A DNA stretch of 64,000 bases from Chiloscyllium plagiosum (taxonomy: Eukaryota): positions 88,077,424 through 88,141,423 of the forward strand of contig NC_057718.1 of the NCBI RefSeq assembly GCF_004010195.1, written 5' to 3'. Position 1 is the stretch's first letter. Every line of letters begins with the position of its first letter. This document shows, in pieces, positions 24,001 to 36,000 of the stretch. A program made the position numbers and the translations under genes. A model generated the notes under the pieces. It did no database searches. It worked only from the letters and a program-made list of their open reading frames with translations, and was not told the DNA's origin.

Positions 24001-27000
24001 ATTCTCACCCATTTTTTTTAATGCACCATAGAAAGCACCCTATCTTGATGCGTCACAGCTTGGTATGGTAACTGCTGTGGAGAAAGTGAGGACTGCAGAT
24101 GCAGTAGATCAGAGCTGAAAATGTGTTGCTGGAAAACCGCAGCAGGTCAGGCAGCATCCAGGGAACAGGAGAATCGACGTNNNNNNNNNNNNNNNNNNNN
24201 NNNNNNNNNNNNNNNNNNNNNNNNNNNNNNNNNNNNNNNNNNNNNNNNNNNNNNNNNNNNNNNNNNNNNNNNNNNNNNNNNNNNNNNNNNNNNNNNNNNN
24301 NNNNNNNNNNNNNNNNNNNNNNNNNNNNNNNNNNNNNNNNNNNNNNNNNNNNNNNNNNNNNNNNNNNNNNNNNNNNNNNNNNNNNNNNNNNNNNNNNNNN
24401 NNNNNNNNNNNNNNNNNNNNNNNNNNNNNNNNNNNNNNNNNNNNNNNNNNNNNNNNNNNNNNNNNNNNNNNNNNNNNNNNNNNNNNNNNNNNNNNNNNNN
24501 NNNNNNNNNNNNNNNNNNNNNNNNNNNNNNNNNNNNNNNNNNNNNNNNNNNNNNNNNNNNNNNNNNNNNNNNNNNNNNNNNNNNNNNNNNNNNNNNNNNN
24601 NNNNNNNNNNTCCCGACCTCTCCGCCCCCACCCCCGTCTGACCTATCACCCTCACCTTGACCTCTTTCCACCTATCACATTTCCGACGCCCCTCCCCCAA
24701 GTCCCTCCTCCCTACCTTTTATCTTAGCCTGCTGGACAAACTTTCCTCATTCCTGAAGAAGGGCCTATGCCCGAAACGTCGATTCTCCTGTTCCCTGGAT
24801 GCTGCCTGACCCGCTGCGCTTTTCCAGCAACACATTTTCAGCTATGGTAACTGCTGTGCCCAAGACCACAAGAAATTTAGGGTTGAGAATATAGTCCAGT
24901 TCATCATGAAAACCAGCCTGCCTTCCATTGACTCCATGTACACTTCCTGCTGCCTAAGGAAAGACCCATCCCACCCTGGGTTTACTCTCTCTTCCACCCT
25001 CTTCCCTCAGGAAGAAGATACAAAAGCATGAAAACGTACTAACAGATTAAACAACAGCTTCTTTCTCACTGTTAACAGACATATGAACGGACCTTTCATA
25101 TCTTAGAGTTGATCTTTCTCTGTACCTTCTCTGTAGCTGTAACATTATATTCTGTTCTGTAACCCTGATTTAATAATGTAAGGCATGATTTGTCTGGTTA
25201 GCACATACTTGCGCTGTGTCTCAGTACATGTGACAATAATACATGTCACATGTACTGAGACACTTGCGCTGTGTCTCAGTACATGTGCAGTCAGTTGGCA
25301 GTTTGATTTGGGTTAGTCATTGTTTGTGGTTCAGCACACTTTTTCCGAATGAAACTTGATTATAGCATGTGCCATTCTTCCATTTGCCCATAACCATCTG
25401 CTTAACAAAGGTGATGGATGAGATCACAGCATAAGTTTTAAGTAGCTTTCAGGAATTGACACAATTAGTGAAAAGAAGCTGGGCATCCAATCTCAACAGT
25501 ACCTCCTTGTCAAAGTGCATGCATGCCCTGTGGTAAATTGCTGGAAAGTGAAATATTGCTGAAATTCTACCCATCCCTGATATTACTTTTTTTTTCAGCA
25601 TACTTTGCCCATCTTTTACTTATTGCTCTTTACAGGAAATAGCTAACCATCTGGAGAAGGACACAGAGTGTTATGATGTAGTACAGGATGCCATTGACAC
25701 AATGCAAAGAGTGGCTTGGCACATTAATGATATGAAGAGGAAACATGAGCATGCAGTTAGGCTTCAGGTAATTTTTAACTTTCTTGCAATATAAATGTCA
25801 GTGCAATTGATGTTTATTGCCATCTCTTATTGCCCTAAAGAAATGTTGGTGGACCTCCAAGCCAGTGATGGTTTAATGTAATCAAATGCTTTGCTAAGCC
25901 ACTTCAGAGGGATATAATTTGTTGTGATTAGTGTGTGCATGTCATGTCCTTTTTGTACAGGCATCTGTTGGGACATCATGCAGCACTTTTTTCTACAGCA
26001 TTGGCGTGATTTGTAAAGATACAACAGAAGTTTGAGCAGTTCTAAAACTGTTCAATAAATTTAACTTGCAAGAGTGCTATGATCCCAGTTAATGGCACAC
26101 TGGCTTAGGCATTGCAATCTTATGACAACTACAAACTGTAATGTCCAAATTACAAGAAGAATTTGGTCCTCAACTACCCTGTATTTGAATAATGTGACTT
26201 TTAATATTAGTTGTGTTTTGACTCCAATGCATCATCTCAACAAAGTATTGGCTTTTGGAGGTTGGAGGTGTACAGCACAAAACCTTTAAGATGTTCCTGG
26301 AAGTCACTGCTCAGGATTATGGGATATACAAGGTCAGCTGAGGCTTTCTAAAGGGAATTAGATCATTTTCTGAAAAGGAAAATTTGTAGGGCTACAGCAG
26401 AGGTAAAAGGTATGGCAGCAGCACAATGAATTGCTCCTTCAGAGGGTCAACACGAACAATGTGTTGATCGACTTCGAGCTATAATCATTGATTATATAAT
26501 GAGGACAGATTATGTATACTAGAGATGTATTCCTTTTGAGATTAGTAAGTTAAGATATAATCATTTTTTTTTAGTTTGATTAAGGAGATCTATTCTCCCT
26601 ATAAATTTCAGAACAACTTGTCACAACCGATTAGAGAGCGGTCCTTCAGGAGTAATGTCAGGAAGCACTTCTTAACAAGTTGTGAAAATCTAGAATATTC
26701 CCTCACGTCCTTCGAAGCTTTTAAAGCAAATGATTTGATTTTTGTAGGGTGAGGCTATTGAGGAATATGGGGTTAAAGAGAATAAGTGAAGTTTGCATTG
26801 AGATCAGCAATGATCTAAATAATTTGCGGAGCTCATTTGGATTGCGTGGTTTACTTCTGTTCCTATGTTTTGATAATGTTTATCATTCCCTTGAACTACT
26901 TCTGTGTGATCATTTATCTGTGTTCTCATTAAGGAAATACAGAGCCTGCTGACAAACTGGAAAGGTCCAGATCTGACCAGCTATGGAGAGCTGGTCTTAG

Positions 27001-30000
27001 AGGGGACATTCCGCATTCAGCGAGCCAAAAATGAACGCACTTTGTTTCTTTTAGATAAACTTCTTCTCATCACTAAAAAAAGAGAAGAGACTTACACCTA
27101 TAAAGCTCATATTTTGGTAAGAATTATTCTCTTTGTTTACTTGAAAATGTTGGGGTTTGCTTTTGTAAGTACTGTGCTACCATGTTCTCCTGAAACACTG
27201 GCTCATTAGCACTGTCAAACTAAATCAGTAAAGATCAGTCACTTTAGTTTCTTTAGCTGACCTCTGTCTTCCATTCTCCCATAACTTTTTAGCTAATCCA
27301 AACTGCTCACCAATTCCTGCTCTAGTATCACATCAATGCTTGCTGACCTATATTGATTTCAATCTACCAATGCCTTAAATTAAGATTCTCATTGACTCTT
27401 TCAAATTGGCCTAATCAGTTGTGGCCATCTTAGCGTAGCTGATTTCCTTCATCCCACTAGTAATGGATATGCCTTGGCCTTAAACTGGAGTTCCCTCCTT
27501 TACTTTTTTTAAGTAGTTCCTTTAAAACCTACCAATTTGATGACGATCTTGCTTTCTTGTCCTTCTAACATCTTTTGGCTCAGTGTCTGGCTTAGTCACG
27601 GTGGCACAGTGGTTAGCATTGCTGCCTCACAGCGCTAGAGACCCAGGTTCAATTCCTGCCTCAGGCGACTGACTGTGTGGAGATTGCACACTCCCCGTGT
27701 CTGCGTGGGTTTCCTCCGGGTGCTCTGGTTTCCTCCCACAGTCCAAAAGTGTGCAGGTTAGGTGAATTAGCATGCTAAATTGCCCGTAGTGTTAGGTGAA
27801 GGGATAAATGTAGGGGAATGGGTCTGGGTGGGTTGCGCTTCGGTGGGTCAGTGTGGACGTATTGGGCCAAAGGGCCTGTTTCCACACTGTAAGTAATCTA
27901 ATCTAATCTTAGTCTGTGTAATCCTGTGGCACACCTTGTAAAATTAGTCTGCACTTAAAGATTTACTTGTTATAGTTTTGTCCATGCTGTTCTGAATTCT
28001 TTCCAATTTTGGGTGAATGCAGCTTTTTCTATCCTGATCCTGAGCTTGTAATTCAAGTTGATACGCCATGCTGAGGGAATGCGGGATTGTCAGAGTTGCC
28101 TCCTTTTGGATGTGACATTGAATGAAGGCCCTAACTTCCCTCTCAGCTAGATGGACGTGCCCTTTTGTGGCATTATTCACTCATAGCAGGAGAATTCTAT
28201 CTCGGTCAACAGCACAGAATCCAATTTGCCAAGCGTGAAATTTAATCACTGGGTTTAACTTGCAATGCAAGAGCCACAGTTCATCACCCATTACTTACTT
28301 TAAAAGAAGTTTTTAGGTTGTTTTAAAGGTATACAAGGTGCTATATTATTGCAGTTTACTTGACTAGAAAACCAGTGTGGAAAAGTGAGAGATTTGGAGT
28401 TCTGAATTAAAGACCTAATGTGTCTCCATCCCCCAGTGTTGTAACCTGATGCTTGTGGAGGTAATTCCAAAGGAGCCCTTGAGTTTCAGTGTCTTCCACT
28501 ACAAGAATCCCAAAGTGCAGCACACAGTACAGGTAAGAAATCCAGTTATAAAATCTTGGTGCTTCTACAACTACTGAATGGCTGGGTTCCTAAATAAAAC
28601 AGGTTGAAATTGCAGGCTTTTGTCCGGCATTATGAAAACTAAATGAATGAAAATAGGAAATGTATTCAGGAACTGGTTTGTAAGAACAGTAGTAGGTTAT
28701 TCAGCTCCTTGAGCCTGTTCAGCCATCCAATGAGATCATGGCTAATATTTGGCCTAACTCCATATACTTGCCTTTGGCCCATAACCCTTTAAAACCTTTT
28801 GCTGCTTAAAAGTTTATCTACCTTTTTTTTTAATTAAAAAGCATTCCAGCAATCACTTCTATTTGAGGAAGAGTTCTAAACTTCTACCAGCCTTTGTGTG
28901 TAGAAGTGTTTCCTCACATCTCTTCTGAACTATGCCTCCTTGTTCTAGAATTTCCAACTAGTGGAAATACTTTATCTTTATCTTTATTCCATCTTTTTCT
29001 GCTAATATCTTGAAATTCAATGCTGCCTGTTTTAAATTTACCTGCCTCGTCATGTCAGCTTCTGGATCAGTGGTGCTGGAAGAGCACAGCAATTCAGGCA
29101 GCATCCGAGGACAGGCAAAATCGACGTTTTGGGCAAAGTCTATGGAGGTTAAAATCTGACCCTTGCTGTCAACTTTTACAATGGGCACTCTTTTACAAGT
29201 GCACAGATTTAACTAACTGCGTGAGTTATACAACAAATGGCTCTGTGTAAAGATGATGGAAGAAGAAACGGACAGATTCCTGGTAGCAAATAAAATCCAC
29301 ATTTACGTAGGTATAGGAGGTGATGATTAAACACCTCAAGCCCGTTCAACCATTTAATTAAAACCAGGCTGAAATGTACCTGAAATCCACTGCCTGCCTT
29401 TGATCCAAATCCCTTGATATCCTTCTCCAGAAAAAAGTATATCGTTATTCGGGGCATTTAAGTGACTGATGGGCAAGCACATGGACAGCAGTAAGTCGAG
29501 GGGTGTGTAGGTTAAGCTGCTCTTAGATTAAGATAAATGCTCAGCGCAACATTGTGGGCCGAACTCCTGTTTGTCCAAAGTTTTGATAGAATTTTGCATG
29601 ATGTTAGATGGATCGGTCTGGAAGTGGTTACTGTGCACTATCTGGTTATCCCAGGTTCTTTGTTTTTTTTGTCTTTCTCTAACAGGCCAAATCAACACAG
29701 GACAAGAGGCTTTGGATTCTTCATTTGAAGAGGCTTATTCTTGAAAATCACCCAGCAAAGATTCCAGCTAAGGTGTGAAATGGGGGTCACGAAGCTGTAT
29801 TTTCAGATACTTGAGGGCATAATTGTATTATACTCCTTGAGGCTCAGAACTGACTAAACTTGTTGGTGCGACCTTCCCACTGGAAGCACAATTGACAAAA
29901 ATGCACCCAAAACGTGCTGGGTGCAGTCTGTGTATTTGAGGTGAAGTTACACTCCATGCAAACTCACTAGCATGTGCTTGAATAATTAAAGGTAACCATC

Positions 30001-33000
30001 AGTGTTGGACTCTACATTAGACCTGTCGTCAACACCGAGTTGAAGTCTGTGTCCTTTGGAATTGACAACATAAAACTTGCATAGACTGAATCTAAACTAA
30101 CTGCAGCAGTTCTGAGTGTGGCATTAATTGACCACTGGTCACTGGAGATGCAAATCATTCATGCTGAATTAATGGCTTCTTGTGTTTGAGAATCTGGGTT
30201 TAATGTCATGTAACTCCTGAATGAGCTTATTTGATGGAAATTCTCAGTTCTGGCCAGAGGATGATGGGTAGGGATTGCTTCAGAAAATGAGCCAGTGTAA
30301 AAGATTGTGAAAACTCATTGTTTAAAATTCACAATTAGAGTGCAGAATAAAACCGGAGTCGAAGAGTGTGGTGCTGGAAAAGCACAGCTGGTCAGGCAGC
30401 ATTCAAGAGCAGGAGAAATGGCATTTTGGGCATGCGCCCTTCACCAGGAATGAAGGCCTCATTCCTGATGAAGGGCCCATGCCCAAAACGTAAATTGCCC
30501 TGCTCCTTGGATGCTGCCTGACTGGCAGTGCTTTTCCAGCATCTGCAGTCCTCACTTTCTCCTATTGGAATCAAACCATTCAGCCCATAATTCCATAATC
30601 CTTGGAACAATGATTTTGGATTGCTGGGCTTAGATCATGCAGCAACATGACACTGGCAAGCAGAGTCAAACTCCCTCAAATCTAGTACCCACTGAGCACT
30701 TGAAATGGGCAAAGACTCTAGATTCAAGTTACATATACACTAAAGCTGTGCGAATAATGTAAAACAAATCCCCATCACTCCAATGCAACAAGGTATAGTA
30801 TAAACATGACCTGAATGGCATGTTAAAACAAAACCTGTTCCAATTTTGTGGGGAGAAAAAGGGATGTTAACCGCATAGTTAAAAGCATGTTATTCAGGTT
30901 GTTCCATTTATAATTGCATTTGTCATATCCATCTATTTTATAACCTCTGATTATGGTATAGTTAGTAATTATCTTTGGCAACAAACAGATTTAATTTGAA
31001 AGCCTAATGTCTTGTTAGAGGTAAACATAATAATCGTTAATCATTCTTTATAGTTTTTTTTAAAAAGTTCATCTTTTTAAAACAGTCTACTGTAAAACTT
31101 TGTTGCCATTCAAGTACAGTCTTGTTTGAGTCCTATTTCACACTTGAAACACTTGCATCCTTTATTTGTTTATGAAGGGAGGGGTCATTCTAAATATAAT
31201 TAAAGCAATGCTTCCAGCTGTCCTTTTTGTTTGAAGTCAACATGTTACAACTGAGTTTGGTGAAAAGAGATTGAAGAATAATTATTTTTACTTAACAGGC
31301 AAAACAAGCAATTCTGGAAATGGATGCCATTCGTAAGTAAAGTTTAATTTGCTTTGCATGAGCTTGCTGACAATTTATGTTCAGTATTTTATATGGCGTA
31401 CCATAACTGAATAATGATGCCTAGGATGTATCCATTGCTTATCCATGGGATTTGTGTGCCTAATTGCCCTGTTAGAACCTAATGCCTGCTCTATCACAAA
31501 TCCTGGGCCACATTAGGGCAGGCTCTTAGATGAATTGTTTCTCGTGACTCTTCCAGGTAGTGATAATGTGCTGACGCCTGCTAATTTTGGTTTTTGGCTG
31601 AGCTACACAAGTTGTCATTATCAAATATACAGAGACTCCTCTTTCTATAAGCTAAATATCCCCTCTTGGCCCCCTTTTTCTGTATACACCCAACAATTTC
31701 TCCCTTTTTAGTGTATTTTTCATTTTCTAACCATTAAGTGAAAATGGTTAGATTCTCTTGAAGGTAGCTTTGCTCAGCACTTGTGGTGCATGCTGTTTGC
31801 CACTTATAAGCTCAATCTTGAATTTTGTCCAAACTTTGCTGCATTTGGATACTGACTGCTTCAGTATCTGAGGAGCCAGAAATGGTGCTGAACATGTGTA
31901 GTCATTAAGAAACGTCCCCGCTTTTGACTGGTGGTGAGAATGAAGCAGCAGATTTTTTCCCTAGTTCCCATTGACTCTGGTTTTGCTAGGGCTCCTTGAT
32001 GCCACGCTCAGTTGAAAGCTGCCTTGATATCAAGGGCAGCCACTCTACTCTTGCCTCAGGAATTTACTATTGTCTGTTTGGACCAAGGCTCTAATTGGGT
32101 TAGGAATTGAATGGTGCAGGCAGAAAGTAAACCAAATAAGTGTGTAGGTTGTTATTGAGCAAGTGCAGTTTGACACTGATGTTGATAAATTTTGCTACTA
32201 TGCTGATAATCTAAAATAGATTCGAGCAATAATCAACTGGGTGGAATTCTTCCTGCTTTTTTGTGGACAGGATGTATCAGGACAATTTTCTGGTGGTATT
32301 GTTGTGCCCTAACAACCTGACTAGAGGTGTGACTGATTCTGGAGCCCAAGGCTTCAGTACAACTTCTGGAATATTGTCTGGGCCCAGTTGCTTCAGCTTT
32401 TTCCTTCTTTCAAATAGAGTGGATTGAATCTGTGGAGCTGGAGACTTTGGAAGACTAAGGTGGAACATGCATTTAGCACTTAGGACTAAAGATAGTTGTG
32501 AATGCTTCAGCTTTGTCCTTTGCATTGATTGACTGAGGATGTGGATATTTGTGGAGCTGCTTCCTTCTGATAGTTGTGGAAGGACTGCGGTGCTTGAATC
32601 TGATCTTTTGGCTGCAGGATTATTTTAGCCCAAACTATTGCATGCTACTTGGTGTGTACAAGTAGTCCTGGGTTACAACATCACTAGGTTGTCACTTCAT
32701 TTTTCAGTGTGCTCGGTGTTCCTGACATACTGTCCTGCATCCTTCATTGATCTGGGTTGTTATGGTAGAAAGGGGAATCCGTTTAAGGTGTAAACATAAT
32801 TCTGATAGCCCACACTTACTTTCTTGTGACAGTGATTGGTTTTACAATTAGATGGTCTATTCCAAATTGTTGGAGTTGACCGTTTAATATGGAATATCAA
32901 TGTTTGAATTGTTGCATCTGTTCAAAATCACTGTGCCACATAGGATCGAGAATATCCTCAATGTGAAGACAGGACACCTTCACAAGGATTGTACAGGGTC

Positions 33001-36000
33001 ACTGCACCTGACACTGTCATGGACAGATGCATATGTGACAGGTAAATTGGTGAGAATGAGATCAAGTAGATTTTTCCTTTTTTTTTTATTTGTTGCCTCT
33101 CTCAGCACTTGGTGCAGGTACAATCTGCATCTGTTCTATAGGTTTAGGTAAACTCCGTCAATAAAGCCTACTGAGCAGTCTTTGATGTACTTTGAAAACT
33201 GTGACCCCAATCACTGTATATTGTGTTCTTTGCTGCCTTCAGTGCTTCCTTCAAGTGCGTAACATGGAGTATTGATTCATCAGCCTTTTTTGGGGGATGG
33301 GGGTCCCGGTAAGTGGTGATCAACAGGCGGTTCTTTGATGCCAATGTTCAGGGCTTTCAGGACAACTCCTTCCAACTGTATATCACTGCACTGCCACTTA
33401 CAGTGGGTTGTTACTGTTGTTTGGGAGAGACATGCCCAGAGATAGTGACATCTGGGATGTTGTCAGCAAGGTACGATACGAAGTATTGTGTTGTTTGAGT
33501 CTGTTGGACAGATCCCCCAATTTTGGTGCACTGTGTGACCACTGTCTGTCTGGTTTCATTATCACCATCACTGACTGACTAGCACTTAATTGCATTAAAA
33601 TTCCACTAGCTACTTTGGTAGGATATGAATGAGTGTCCCGAGAGCAAATGCATGGGCTTCTAAATTGTTAATCTTGTAGCATTACTTCCATACTAATGCC
33701 TCTCATTGGCTGAAGAATCTTTTGTGCTGTACGGTTTAATTTTTCAAATCGTTTTAGAACCAATCTTTGTATTGAAGAATCTTGGACTGATGCAAGTTAT
33801 TGTCAAAGACTATATTACAGTGATTTGGGATGCTGTGTCCAATTGACACATCTGGACGTATCACTTGGAACCCTTGATTTTAATATGTAAACATGTATGC
33901 AAATGTTTAAACCGCTGGGCTTTGTAGAAATGTATGTTTTTATGTATAGAATATTAATCCCTTGTATCCATTTTCTATTTTGTATCATCTTTTATTGTGT
34001 AGTTTAATCTATATACATAAAATGTCCTGTGATGCTGTGGAAATAGGACATTACTGGGTAATTTGAGATGAAGTGCAGATGAGATAAGCTAATAGAATGG
34101 CTTATTTTATGTTTCTCCTTATCAGTCCCTCAAATTCCAGTTTCCCATATTCTGTTGTACAGCTATTACTTAACGTGACAGGGAGGCGAGGAAGGAAGCT
34201 TTTGTCTTAAAGTTGCAAGCACAATATGGAAAGAAGGTAGTAGTCTTAGCAACCTGCCATTAACTCTTTATATACAAATCTATGCCTGCTCCTTTTTTCT
34301 AAACTCAAATCTCTTAGTACCTAGCTAGATCTATTCGAAGTTTACCGAGTTTTTCCCTGGAATGGGCACTTTGTCCTGCAATCCCAACATAAGATAGAGT
34401 GGATTTCCACTGTAGACGAGTCAAGGGCAATTTTATTGAAGTATGATCCTGAATGATCTTGGCAAGGTGGATGTGGAAAAGATTTTTCCTCTTGTGGGAT
34501 GAATTCAGAACTGGGGGGACGCGATTTAAAAATTAAAGGTCACTTTTTTTTTAGAAAGGAGATGTGAAGAAACATTTTGAGAATTGGATGACTTTGGAAC
34601 TCCCTGCCTCAATGCAGTGGAGGCAGGATTATTGGATATTTTTAAGCATTCTCTTGCTTAAAGAATCTGATTATTGGCACAGATGAGAATGTGGAGTTTT
34701 GAAGCAAACTGGTCAGCCGTGATCTTATTGATTGGGGAACAGGCTCAAGAAGCTGAATGGCTTACTTCTCCTAATTTATGTGTTTGGGAAACTGGAAAGT
34801 ACTATGTCCAGAAAAGATTTATCGATTGCAATATTTTCTCTGCAGATCATCCTGGCTTTCACTACAGCCCAGAGGGTGAGAGAGAGGCAGAATCACGTGT
34901 GAAGGAAGACCGAATCACAACTCGCAGACTCCGAAGGAAGTCTGGTACAGTGACTTTATTGCTTATAGCGAGTGTTGAGGACAGCACAAACTGTAATGGA
35001 ATGATTCAGATTAAATTATATCTCCAAATTATTGTGCTAAGGAGCAGAGTGTAGTGGATTTATGGCACTTACTTTCTTGTGACAGTGATTGGTTTTACAA
35101 TTAAATGGTCTATTGAGAGTTGTTGGAGTTGACCGTTTAATATGGAATATCAAACTGTTGGAGGAAGGCAGCTTGCTTTGGAGGGCATTCACATATCTAG
35201 AGTTTCTATAGCAATCTGGTCATTTATCATGTCAGTCTACAAATAACACAATTTGAATTAAATATTGGCTATGGTGAGATTAGAGTTTATGGAACTATAC
35301 TTTGCCCATGAGTAATAGAAATTAGGAGCTGGAAACAAACCTGCTTTGTATTCCCTCGTCTGTCTCATGCTTGTTAAGTGCAACTTGCATAGAGTTAGAG
35401 GTGGATTTGCTGTCTGTTAGTTGGGGGTGAAGCTGAGTAGGTTGAACAGGTAGGCAAAAGTGGGTACTGCAGATGCTGGAGATCAGAATCCAGATTAGAG
35501 TGGTGCTGGAAAAACAGCATCCGAGGAGCAGGAAAATCGAGGTTTCGGGTAAAAGCCCTTCATCAGGAATGAGGCTGGTAGCCTCTGGGATGGATGAGAT
35601 AAATGGGAGGGGTTATGGGATAGAGGCAGGAATAGATGCTATGAGGCATTAGGGAAGTGGGCAGTCTTCTGAAGCATGTTGCAAACCTGTGGCACCTGTC
35701 TGGGCATGGTACCAAGGTGAGTATTTTCATCTTCAAAATGGACAGCTGGAATCGGGAAACAGAGAGAGTTTCTTATTCAAATGTTGCTGCTCAGTTGTTT
35801 TTGGTCCAAACTTTCACTGCCCTGGTTCAATCCCATTTAGAGTACTGGGAGCAGATCTGGGCACTACACCCTCGGAAGGATATATTAGCCTTGGAGTAAA
35901 TTGTGGGTTTACAAGATTGATATCTGGACTTAGGTTATGAGGAAAGATTATACAAACTAGGCCTGTTTTGTCTAAAGTTTAGGTTAAGAGGTGATCTGAT

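Noticed and set aside
24053..24700. Long ORFs of 172-215 aa
   Set aside because: Artefacts of translating through the 430-N gap.
27597..27670. tRNA gene
   Set aside because: Boxes A and B are followed by the SINE body and tail, so this is a SINE head.
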